NCBI GenBank assembly: GCA_009917805.1
Contig: RGES01000001.1
Coordinates: 1-33,235 of the forward strand
DNA from: Verrucomicrobiota bacterium
Lineage (GTDB): Bacteria > Verrucomicrobiota > Verrucomicrobiia > Opitutales > UBA953
Length of the DNA stretch: 33,235 bases
Direction of reading: 5' to 3'
Position 1 is the stretch's first letter. Each line of letters opens with the position of its first letter. The translations under genes and the position numbers were made by a program. The notes beneath the pieces are model-generated. The model did not search any database. It was not told where the DNA came from and saw only the letters and a list, made by a program, of their open reading frames with translations. This document shows positions 7,454-15,822 of this stretch, in pieces.

Positions 7454-7996
7454 TCAGGCCTTCAGGATGGCCGAGACCGGGATGTCCAGTCCGTCCTTCC
7501 AAAGCGCTTCCAACGCGTAGCTCTTGCGGATGTCGTCGCGGAAGACGTGGAAAAGGACGTCGAAGGCGTCCACGACCGTCCAGCCGCTGTCGCGCTGGGA
7601 TTCGGAACGCGACGTCACGCCGACTTCGTCGAGCGCCTGCTCGAGGGCGATGCGCAAGGCGCGCAGGTGCGGCTCGGAGGTGCCGGTGGCGATCACGAGG
7701 AAATCGGCCACGGAGGAAATCTGCCCCATCTCGAGGACGCGGATCTCGACGGCCTTCTTCTCGTCCAGCGCGCGCACGGCGGCGACGAGGTGGGCCGGCA
7801 GCTTCGGGATGACCAGCATCGGCTTCGGGGCGGCCTTCTCGCCACGGCCCTTGGCCTTCAAGGCGGGGACGGCGGGGATGATGCGACGGGCCGGACGGAC
7901 CGAGCGCGCGGCCGGCTTGGCGGACTTGCCCGAGGGACGACCCTTGGCGGCCGGCTTGGCGGTGGACTTCTTGGTCTTCTTTTTAAGGGCGGACAT
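7454..7996 (-). CDS. rsfS: Ribosome silencing factor RsfS (iojap-like) with a ~70-aa Lys/Ala/Pro-rich N-terminal extension
   Basis: The C-terminal ~110 aa (AVEIRVLEMGQISSVADFLVIATGTSEPHLRAL...WTVVDAFDVLFHVF...YALEALW) match the RsfS/iojap pattern. It sits directly downstream of nadD with a 2-nt gap, which is the conserved gene order. Confidence 0.9.
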   Translation of the reverse strand: MSALKKKTKKSTAKPAAKGRPSGKSAKPAARSVRPARRIIPAVPALKAKGRGEKAAPKPMLVIPKLPAHLVAAVRALDEKKAVEIRVLEMGQISSVADFLVIATGTSEPHLRALRIALEQALDEVGVTSRSESQRDSGWTVVDAFDVLFHVFRDDIRKSYALEALWKDGLDIPVSAILKA

Positions 7997-7998
7997 GG

Positions 7999-8589
7999 TC
8001 AGGCTTGGTAAAGGGAGCGCTCATCGATGTGGCGGGCGACCGCTAGGGGCAAGCCGTTTCGGGGCGAATCACCGCGACGCAACGCCTCGCGCAAGGCGGT
8101 GGAAGAGACTTGTACCGCCGGGGCCTTGAGCACGGTGAGGCGGATGACGGATGCGACGGACGCGGGCGGCACGGTCGAGATACCGTCTCGTGACAACACG
8201 GCGAACTCGACCAGGCCGCACAGTTCGGCCACGTCCTTCCAACGGTCCAGCCTCGCCAGCTGGTCGGCGCCGAGGATCCACACGCGCAGGGCATGGGGAA
8301 ACTCCTTCGCCAGTTCCCGCGCGGTATCGATGGACCAGCTGGTGCCGGCCCGCCGGGTCTCGCGCTCGTCCACCACGGCCCAGGGATGCTCGGCGAAAGC
8401 CAGGCGGCACATCGTCGCGCGGTCCGCCGCGGAAGCCACGGGAGCACCTGAACGCAACGGAGCCTGCCCCGCCGGGATGATGCGCACCTCGTCCAAGCCG
8501 AGCTGCTTGTGCGCGGCCGCGGCCGCGGCCACATGACCCGCATGCGGAGGATCGAAGGTCCCACCTAGGATGCCGAGGGCAGCAGGCAT
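7999..8589 (-). CDS. nadD: Nicotinate-nucleotide adenylyltransferase
   Basis: The N-terminal GILGGTFDPPHAGH motif ((H/T)xGH nucleotidyltransferase), a length of 196 aa and synteny with rsfS. Confidence 0.9.
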   Translation of the reverse strand: MPAALGILGGTFDPPHAGHVAAAAAAHKQLGLDEVRIIPAGQAPLRSGAPVASAADRATMCRLAFAEHPWAVVDERETRRAGTSWSIDTARELAKEFPHALRVWILGADQLARLDRWKDVAELCGLVEFAVLSRDGISTVPPASVASVIRLTVLKAPAVQVSSTALREALRRGDSPRNGLPLAVARHIDERSLYQA

Positions 8590-8670
8590 GCCGCATTACG
8601 CTCCGCCCGGTCGCCGGTGGCAACCCAAAGCAGGCTTGAGCCCGAGCCCATCCGCCGAAACACTGCCCCC

Positions 8671-9525
8671 ATGGCGTCAGCCTCGCGATTCCTCCCCCCG
8701 GGCTTCGACCCTTCGCTGCCCGTGGCGGTCATCGCCGGCAAAGGACGCTACCCCGCCCTGCTCGCCGAATGCGCCCGCGCCCGCGGAGCCAAGGTGAAGC
8801 TGGTGTCCTTCGAAGAAGAGACCGACCCGGCCCTCATCGCCACCTTCGCCCCTTCCGACCATCGCGCGATTCCCGTCGGCAAGCTCGGCCAGATGCTCGA
8901 CGCGCTCAAGGAACTCGGCGCCGCCGGCGCCGTCATGGCCGGCCAGATCACGCCGCGCAAGCTGTTCACCGGCATGGTCCCCGACCTGAAGCTCATCGCG
9001 CTGATGGCTTCGCTCAAGGAACGGAACGCCGAGACGATCTTCGGCGCGATCTCGGTCGAGATCGAGAAGGTCGGCGTGCGCATGCTCGACGCGCGCATCT
9101 TCCTCGACGACCACCTGGCCTCGCCCGGCTGCATGACCGGCTGGGCCTGCGGCATCGGGGACGATCAGCTCGCCTTCGGGACGCGCATGGCGCGCGAGAT
9201 GGCCCGCCTCGACGTCGGCCAGTCCGTGGTGACCGCCAAGGGCACCGTCATCGCCGTCGAAGCCTTCGAAGGCACCGACAACATGCTGCGCCGCTGCGCG
9301 CAGACCGGGGGCAAGGAGATGCTCCTCACCAAGACCTCCAAGCACGCGCAAGACTGGCGCTTCGACGTCCCCTGCTTCGGCGTCAAGACGCTCGAGAGCA
9401 TGGCCGAAGGCGGCGTGACCAAGGCGGCGCTCGAAGCCGATGCGGTCATCCTCATCGATAAGCCGGCGGTCATCGCGCGCGCCAAGCAGCTCGGCATCGA
9501 CCTCTTCGGCTTCGGCCCCGCCTGA
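8671..9525 (+). CDS. lpxI: UDP-2,3-diacylglucosamine pyrophosphatase LpxI (DUF1009 family)
   Basis: VAVIAGKGRYPALLAECARARG near the N-terminus and the DVGQSVVTAKGTVIAVEAFEGTDNMLRR core are typical of LpxI. The ORF opens at GTG 8617, but I prefer ATG 8671. Confidence 0.85.
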   Translation: MASASRFLPPGFDPSLPVAVIAGKGRYPALLAECARARGAKVKLVSFEEETDPALIATFAPSDHRAIPVGKLGQMLDALKELGAAGAVMAGQITPRKLFTGMVPDLKLIALMASLKERNAETIFGAISVEIEKVGVRMLDARIFLDDHLASPGCMTGWACGIGDDQLAFGTRMAREMARLDVGQSVVTAKGTVIAVEAFEGTDNMLRRCAQTGGKEMLLTKTSKHAQDWRFDVPCFGVKTLESMAEGGVTKAALEADAVILIDKPAVIARAKQLGIDLFGFGPA

Positions 9526-9534
9526 ACCTGCCCC

Positions 9535-10443
9535 ATGGATCGCCGCCGCTTCCTCGGAACGAGCTTGCTGGCCGGCCTGGCCGCACGGTCCTTCGCCGCG
9601 ACGAAGGAGGATTCTTTCGACTTCGCCTACCTCACGGACATCCATGTCCAACCAGAACTAGGCGCGCCGGAAGGATTCCGCCAATGCCTGCGGGCCGTGA
9701 ACCGCCTCCCTACCCCGGCCGACTTCGTGCTCACCGGCGGCGACCTGATCTTCGACGCGCTCGACGTCGGCATGGACCGCATCCGCGAACAATGGAAGGT
9801 GTTCGACGAATGCAGCAAGGAACTCGCCCTTCCCGTCCACCATGCGATCGGGAACCATGACGTGGTGGGCTGGTCCGCGAAGTCGCCCGTGAAGCCGACC
9901 GACCAGGATTACGGCAAGAAACTCTTCGCCGAACGTTTCGGCCTCGCGCGCACCTACCGCAGCTTCGACCACAAAGGCTGGCACTTCATCATCCTCGATT
10001 CGATCGGCCAGAACCGGGAGACCCTCGAGTACGAAGGCTGGATCGACGACGCGCAGCTCGCCTGGCTGAAGCAGGACCTGGCCGCGACCGGCCGGGCGAC
10101 GCCGATCGTGATGGTCACGCACATCCCTTTCTACACCACCTGGCATCAGGTGCTGAAAGGACCCGATCATCATCTGGACGGCAAGGCGATCGTCCGGAAC
10201 CTGCACACGTTCCGGAAGCTGTTCGACGATTACAACGTGCAGCTCGTGCTCAGCGGCCACGGCCACGTCGTCGAACGCATCGAGATCGGCAAGGTCACCT
10301 ACGTGCAGGGCGGCGCGGTGTCCGGTATGTGGTGGAAAGGCCCGGTCTTCGGCAAGCCCGAGGGTTTCGGCACCGTCAACTGCCGGCGCGACGGGACCTG
10401 GTCGTGGAAATATCGCGACTACGGCTGGAAGGCGCGGAAGTAA
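9535..10443 (+). CDS. Tat-exported calcineurin-like metallophosphoesterase
   Basis: A twin-arginine signal MDRRRFLGTSLLAGLAA is present. Metallophosphoesterase blocks are DIH, GGD, GNHD, THIP and GHGH. Confidence 0.85.
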   Translation: MDRRRFLGTSLLAGLAARSFAATKEDSFDFAYLTDIHVQPELGAPEGFRQCLRAVNRLPTPADFVLTGGDLIFDALDVGMDRIREQWKVFDECSKELALPVHHAIGNHDVVGWSAKSPVKPTDQDYGKKLFAERFGLARTYRSFDHKGWHFIILDSIGQNRETLEYEGWIDDAQLAWLKQDLAATGRATPIVMVTHIPFYTTWHQVLKGPDHHLDGKAIVRNLHTFRKLFDDYNVQLVLSGHGHVVERIEIGKVTYVQGGAVSGMWWKGPVFGKPEGFGTVNCRRDGTWSWKYRDYGWKARK

Positions 10444-10447
10444 GCGC

Positions 10448-10711
10448 TCAGCCTTCGAAGAAATTCCAGGCGACGGCGCTCTCGGCCAGCACCCACGCGG
10501 CCGCCAAGGCGAGCACGAGCAGGATCCACTTGCGATGGCGGGCCCAGATCCCCGGGGTGTCGGCCGCATGATCCAATCCGCGGCGCGCGCTGAGGAGCAG
10601 CTTCAGGCGCGCATGCCAGGCGAGCTTGGTCTGGCTGGAGAGGTCCCGATGCGCGTACGCGTTCACCCGGTAATCGGGCTTGCGGAACAGGTGGAGGAGA
10701 CGGCGCAGCAC
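10448..10711 (-). CDS. Small (87 aa) hypothetical membrane protein
   Basis: Nearly every codon ends in G/C, matching the host codon pattern. A C-terminal TM helix WILLVLALAAAWVLAESAV is present. I recognise no family. Confidence 0.55.
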   Translation of the reverse strand: MLRRLLHLFRKPDYRVNAYAHRDLSSQTKLAWHARLKLLLSARRGLDHAADTPGIWARHRKWILLVLALAAAWVLAESAVAWNFFEG

Positions 10712-10775
10712 ATCTCCTGCCTACACCCTTTACCCACGCTTTACAAGCGGAGCGTCTCTGGGTAAGCCCAATGGC

Positions 10776-11543
10776 GTGAAGTCCACCACCCGGTCCCTCC
10801 GCGCCCTCAAAGGCGTCCGGCCTATCGTCTGCCTGACGGCCTACGATGTGAGCACGGCTCGCATCGCGGACGCCGGCGGGGCCGACCTCATCCTCGTCGG
10901 AGACTCGCTCGGCAACGCGGTCCTCGGCCTGCCCGACACGGTCGGCGTGACCTTGGACATGATGATCCACCACTCGGCCGCCGTCGCCCGGGCGAAGACC
11001 GAAGCCCTGGTGGTCGGCGACCTCCCCTTCGGCCTGGCTCACGACAGTTTCCCCAAGCTCCTCGGTTACTGCCGCCGCTTCCTCCAGGAAGGCGGCGTGA
11101 AGGCCGTGAAGATCGAAGGCGGCGCCTCCCTCGCCCCGGCCATCGCCCGGCTCGTCGACGCGGGCATCCCGGTCATGGGCCACGTCGGCATGCTCCCGCA
11201 GCGCGTGCACTCCGCCGGCTACCGCCGGCGCGGCCTGACGCCCGAAGACCAGCAGAAAGTCCTGATCGACGCCCAAGCCGTGGCCGCCGCCGGCGCCTTC
11301 GCGATGGTCGTCGAATGCGTCGATGAGAAATTCATGCCGAAGGTCACCGAGGCGGTGTCGGTTCCGACCATCGGCATCGGCTCCGGTCGAGGCTGCGACG
11401 GCCAGATCCTCGTGATCCACGATCTCCTCGGCCTCACGCCCGAGCCCCCGCCCTTCGCTCGCCCCGAAGCCAACCTGCACCGTGACGCGGTCGCGGCCGT
11501 CCGCCGCTGGGCCGCCAAGGTGCGCACCAAGAAATCCCAATGA
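10776..11543 (+). CDS. panB: 3-methyl-2-oxobutanoate hydroxymethyltransferase (ketopantoate hydroxymethyltransferase)
   Basis: LTAYD, LVGDSLGNAVLG and KIEGG motifs are present. A GTG at 10776 gives the typical N-terminus (M)KSTTRSLRALKG. The longer ORF from 10680 would overlap the opposite-strand gene. Confidence 0.9.
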   Translation: MKSTTRSLRALKGVRPIVCLTAYDVSTARIADAGGADLILVGDSLGNAVLGLPDTVGVTLDMMIHHSAAVARAKTEALVVGDLPFGLAHDSFPKLLGYCRRFLQEGGVKAVKIEGGASLAPAIARLVDAGIPVMGHVGMLPQRVHSAGYRRRGLTPEDQQKVLIDAQAVAAAGAFAMVVECVDEKFMPKVTEAVSVPTIGIGSGRGCDGQILVIHDLLGLTPEPPPFARPEANLHRDAVAAVRRWAAKVRTKKSQ

Positions 11544-12541
11544 ACTGCGTCATCTTCGGAGCCGGCGGCTGGGGTACGGCCATGGCCATCCACCTCGCCC
11601 GCCAAGGCCAGACCGTCACGCTCGTCCCGCGTCGCGCCGAACAGGCCCTCGCCCTCGCCACGACGCGCGAGAACCAGGATTACCTGCCGGGCCATCGCCT
11701 CGACGACTCGATCCAGATCGGCCTCGAGCCCTTGCCGGCGTTGATGGACGCCGATCTGGTCTTCCTCGCCTGCCCTTCCAAAGGCCTGCCCGAGCTGCTG
11801 AAGTCGATCGGACCCGCCGTCCGCGCCTCGGGCGCTAAGATGGCGATCTCCCTCTGCAAGGGACTCGACCTGAACACGCTCCGGCGCCCTTCCGAACTGA
11901 TGGCCGACGCCTTCGGGCCGATCCCGGTCGCCACCCTCAGCGGACCGAGCAACGCCGACGAAGTCGCGCGCGGACTCCCGACCGCCCTGGTGCTCGCGGC
12001 CGTCGCTGACGCCGAACTCCTCAAGGATGTCCAGTCCGCCGTCAGCGGACCGACGCTGCGTGCCTACACCTCGACCGACCTCATCGGCGTCGAGATCGGC
12101 GGCACGCTCAAGAATGTCTACGCCCTCGGCGCCGGACTCTGCGACGGCCTCGGCCTCGGCTCCAACGCCAAGGCCGCGATGCTCACGCGCTCGCTCCAGG
12201 AAATGTCGCGGCTCGGCGAAGCGCTCGGCGCCCGCCCCGAAACCTTCCTCGGACTGGGCGGCGTCGGCGACCTGATGGCCACCGCCCACGGTTCCTGGAG
12301 CCGCAACCGCTCACTCGGCGAACAACTGGCCAAGGACCCTCAAGGCACGCTCGCCGCGCTGGCTTCCCGCAAGGAAGCCGTCGAGGGCCACCGCGCCGCC
12401 GAAGCCCTCTCGAAACTGGCGACCAGCCGCGGCCTCGAAGCCCCGATCCTTTCCTGCCTGCACGCGATCCTCTACAAAGGGCTCGACCCGCGCGCGGGCG
12501 TCGTCGCGCTGATGACGCGCGACCTCCGTCCGGAGGCATGA
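11540..12541 (+). CDS. gpsA: NAD(P)H-dependent glycerol-3-phosphate dehydrogenase
   Basis: An N-terminal Rossmann motif IFGAGGWGTAMA, then TRENQDYLPG, and LKNVYALGAG in the C-terminal domain. The start overlaps the panB stop (ATGA). Confidence 0.9.
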   Translation: MNCVIFGAGGWGTAMAIHLARQGQTVTLVPRRAEQALALATTRENQDYLPGHRLDDSIQIGLEPLPALMDADLVFLACPSKGLPELLKSIGPAVRASGAKMAISLCKGLDLNTLRRPSELMADAFGPIPVATLSGPSNADEVARGLPTALVLAAVADAELLKDVQSAVSGPTLRAYTSTDLIGVEIGGTLKNVYALGAGLCDGLGLGSNAKAAMLTRSLQEMSRLGEALGARPETFLGLGGVGDLMATAHGSWSRNRSLGEQLAKDPQGTLAALASRKEAVEGHRAAEALSKLATSRGLEAPILSCLHAILYKGLDPRAGVVALMTRDLRPEA

Positions 12542-13002
12542 GCGAGCTAGGCGTCGCCTCCCGACCGTCGCCCATCGCCGGTCTCGGACTCTTCGCCACA
12601 CGCGCCTTCGTGGCCGGCGAACGCATCGCCCCCTACTCCGGCCGGACATCCGCCGAGCCTCCGTCGGCGGCGACTTCGGACGGCAAGGTCTACGCCCTGG
12701 AAATCACCCCGGGGCGCTGGCTGGATGGCTCCTCGGAGGAGAACCCCTCGCGGCACGCCAACCATGCCTGCCATCCGAACGCCGAAATGGTCTGGGATGA
12801 AGGCGAAGCGACCGCGTGGCTGACCGCCCTGAAGCCGATCGCCCCCGGCGATGAAATCACCTTCGACTATGGGTTTTCATTGGCCGAAAGCCTGTTTCAC
12901 CCATGCGCCTGCGGGGCCGCCGACTGCGTCGGTCGGATTATCGCCACCCCCCTGCGTCCGGCCTTGCGCCGCCACCTGCGTTTTTCACGTCCAAGGGATT
13001 GA
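12538..13002 (+). CDS. SET-domain protein (putative protein-lysine N-methyltransferase) with a post-SET-like Cys cluster
   Basis: GLGLFATRAF, RHANHACHPNAE and EITFDYGF are present, followed by CACGAADC (CxCxxxxC). The start overlaps the gpsA stop (ATGA at 12538-12541). Confidence 0.85.
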   Translation: MSELGVASRPSPIAGLGLFATRAFVAGERIAPYSGRTSAEPPSAATSDGKVYALEITPGRWLDGSSEENPSRHANHACHPNAEMVWDEGEATAWLTALKPIAPGDEITFDYGFSLAESLFHPCACGAADCVGRIIATPLRPALRRHLRFSRPRD

Positions 13003-13053
13003 CCACCCGCATCAGGAAGGTCAGTTTTCGCAGGTCAAACAGCCCATTTCCCC

Positions 13054-14457
13054 ATGAAAAAAGTCGCCCTTACCGAGCTCGATCCCCGGCTCCAGAAACA
13101 GATCACCGCCGCGGACCAGCAACTGAAGACAAACCCCCAGTACGCCGTCGAAGTCCTCACGGGCATCCTCGTCCGTAATCCGGGCTGCATCGAGGTGCGC
13201 CGCACCCTCCGTAAGGCTCAGAAGGCCCTCCATGGCACGAAGAAGGGCCTCTTTGACGGCCTCACGGGAGCCCTGACCTCCGGCAAGATCGCCAAGGCCG
13301 TGGAAGCCGACCCGGTCGCCGCGATCGCCGCCGCCGAGGAAGCCCTCGCCAAGAAACCGATCGACGCCAACGCCAACAAGACGATCGCCCTCGCCGCCAT
13401 CAAGCTGGGCTTCCATGAGCTCGCCGCCTTCGCCTACGAAGAACTCTCCACCAACGAGCCCACCCAGATCCAGCACTTCGTCGACCTCGCGAACGTCTGG
13501 ATCGCCGCCGGCGAGAACGACAACGCCCTCGCCGCGGCCGACAAAGGCCTGAAACTCTTCCCCGGTAACGGCGACCTCCAGGAAGCCGTCCGCAAGGCCT
13601 CGGTCAACAAGACCATGAAGAAGGGCAACTGGGAGGACAAAGGCGACTTCCAGTCCAAGCTCAAGGACAAGGACGAAGCCCTCCGCCTCGACCAGTCCTC
13701 CCGCGCGGTCACCGACTCGGCCACCGCGATCGCCCAGGCCGCCGAACTCGCCCAGAAGATCCAGGCGTCCCCGGACAGCCTCGACCTCTACCGCGAGATC
13801 GTCCGCATGTTCCTCATCGCCGAAGACCTCGACAGCGCCATCGCCTGGCTGCAGCGCGGCCGCATGACGACCCTCGGCAAGGCCGACACCTCCCTCGAGC
13901 GCCAGGAAAGCGACCTCATCATCCGCCGCTACGAGCGCATCTCCAAGCAGCTCCGCGAAGCCATCACGGCCAACCCGGCCGACTCCGCCAGCAAGGACGC
14001 CCTCGCCAAGAACGAGACCGAGCTCAACGACTTCCGCCTCAAGACCTCCATCTCGCTGGTCGAACGCTACCCGAACGACTTCGCCTACCGCTACGAACTC
14101 GGCACGCTCCTCCTCGCGGCCAACCGCCTCGAAGACGCCGTCCAGCAGCTCCAGTACGCCCAGCGTAACCCGAAGTTCCGCCAGCCGGCCCTCCTCGCCA
14201 TCGGTCGCGCCTTCACCCTGGGCGGCAAGTACGACCTCGCCGTCGAGCAGCTGACCTCCGCCAAGAGCGAGGTCCAGCTGATGAACGACCTGAAGAAGGA
14301 CATCATCTACTCCCTCGGCGAGACCTACGAGAAGATGGGCAAGGCCAAGGAAGCCGTCGACGAATACAAGATCATCTACATGGCCGACTCGGGCTACCGC
14401 GACGTCGCCAAGAAGATCAACGACTTCTACGAACGCCAGAAGGGCGCGTCGGCCTGA
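13054..14457 (+). CDS. TPR-repeat protein
   Basis: The protein is all-helical with repeated A/L/Y-spaced 34-aa-like units (e.g. AIAWLQRG..., EDAVQQLQYAQRNP, YDLAVEQLTSA, GKAKEAVDEYKIIY). GC3 is high. Confidence 0.75.
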   Translation: MKKVALTELDPRLQKQITAADQQLKTNPQYAVEVLTGILVRNPGCIEVRRTLRKAQKALHGTKKGLFDGLTGALTSGKIAKAVEADPVAAIAAAEEALAKKPIDANANKTIALAAIKLGFHELAAFAYEELSTNEPTQIQHFVDLANVWIAAGENDNALAAADKGLKLFPGNGDLQEAVRKASVNKTMKKGNWEDKGDFQSKLKDKDEALRLDQSSRAVTDSATAIAQAAELAQKIQASPDSLDLYREIVRMFLIAEDLDSAIAWLQRGRMTTLGKADTSLERQESDLIIRRYERISKQLREAITANPADSASKDALAKNETELNDFRLKTSISLVERYPNDFAYRYELGTLLLAANRLEDAVQQLQYAQRNPKFRQPALLAIGRAFTLGGKYDLAVEQLTSAKSEVQLMNDLKKDIIYSLGETYEKMGKAKEAVDEYKIIYMADSGYRDVAKKINDFYERQKGASA

Positions 14458-14520
14458 GCCCCGCCGCCGTCTGCACCCTCTTGCGGTCGGCCTCACCCGC
14501 CCGCCTCCTCCTTCCTGCCC

Positions 14521-15820
14521 ATGGCACTCACTTCCTTTAAGAGCAACCTCATCGCCGACGTCGGCATCAGCATGGGAGACGAAGGCAAAGGTCGCCTCAT
14601 CCCCGAGATCGTCCGCGAACTGCAGACCCTCACCGGCCGCCGCGACGTGGTCGGCACGGTGCTCAAGGTCAACGGCGGCGCCAACTCGGGCCATACGGTC
14701 GCCGGCCTGAAGCTCAACCTGCTGCCGGGCGGCGTGGCCGAACACGACGTCGCCTGCCTGGCCCTCGGCTCCGGCGTCGTCGCCGACCCGCGCAAGGCCC
14801 TCTGGGAAGCCCTCCCGCTCGAGAAGATCGGCATCCCGGTCCTCAACCGCCTGCTCATCGACGAGCGCTGCATGATCAGCGACGTCTCGCACCGCATCCT
14901 CGACCTGGCCTGGGAAGACTACCGCATCCACATCCTCGGCCATGAAGCCCGCGGCTCCACCGGACGCGGCATCACCCCGGCCTACGCCGACGAAGTCGGT
15001 CAGTTCCAGATCCACTATTCGGAATTCCTCGGTGCGAAATCCGACTACGCGACCCGCCTCTCGGCTCGCCTGAACCGCGCCGCCTCGATCGTGCGCGACG
15101 TCTGCAAGCTCTCGCCCGACAAGTGGTCCGGCCTCTTCGCCAAGCTCACCGAAGCCGAACTGCGCGCCAACAAGGGCGCCATCGAATCCGGCGTCTTCAC
15201 GGCCGCGGAATTCGACTTCACCCGCTTCGCCGGCAAGGATCCCTTCACCTTCGACCACGCCGCCGTGCTCGAGTGCTACTGGAAGGCCGGCGCCGCCCTC
15301 GCCCACGCCATCGGCGACGTCCGCGAACGCATCCTCGGCGACCTCGCCGCCGACCGCCGCATCATCGGCGAGTTCGGTCAGGCCTACTGGCTCGACAAGC
15401 GCGCCGGCTTCGCCCCGAACGTCACGGCCTCCCACACCTACACGCCGGAGTTCTTCCAGTCCGCCGGCATCCCGGTCCAGGCGATCCACACGGTCGGCTG
15501 CTGCAAGGGGCTACCGCGACGCGGCCGGCAAGGTGGTCTCGGGCGTCCCCCGCAACGACGCCGTCCGCCGCACCCTGCAGCCCATCTACGCCACCCTGCC
15601 CGGCTGGTCGGCTGACATCACCAAGGTCCGCTCCTACGCCCAGCTGCCCGCTGAGGCGCGTCGCTACGTCGCCTTCACGATGGCCGAGATCGTCCGACTG
15701 GCATCCCGCGGCGGCTCCCTGCCCTACCTCCCGAACCTTCGCTACATCGGCGTCGGTCCGGATCCTGACCAGATCATCTCCGACGTCCCCGCGACGGCCG
15801 AACTGATCAAGCAGGCCTGA
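14521..15820 (+). pseudogene. Adenylosuccinate synthetase-like gene, frameshifted and apparently missing the central IMP/aspartate-binding segment
   Basis: Frame 1 (14521 to ~15510) carries [28 protein letters not shown] and a TASHT...GCCKG(Y) region. Frame 2 (from ~15509) continues [13 protein letters not shown]...[12 protein letters not shown]...YIGVGPDPDQ, which is the PurA C-terminus. The frame switch is at the GGGG run 15507-15510. No KAY-TRVG-GPFPTE or TGRxRRxGW blocks are present. Confidence 0.6.
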
Positions 15821-15822
15821 GC

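Noticed and set aside
13021-15489. An 822-aa minus-strand ORF spanning the TPR and purA-like genes
   Set aside because: It is a shadow ORF antisense to two genes with clear family signatures, with low-complexity G/E/V/D/A composition.
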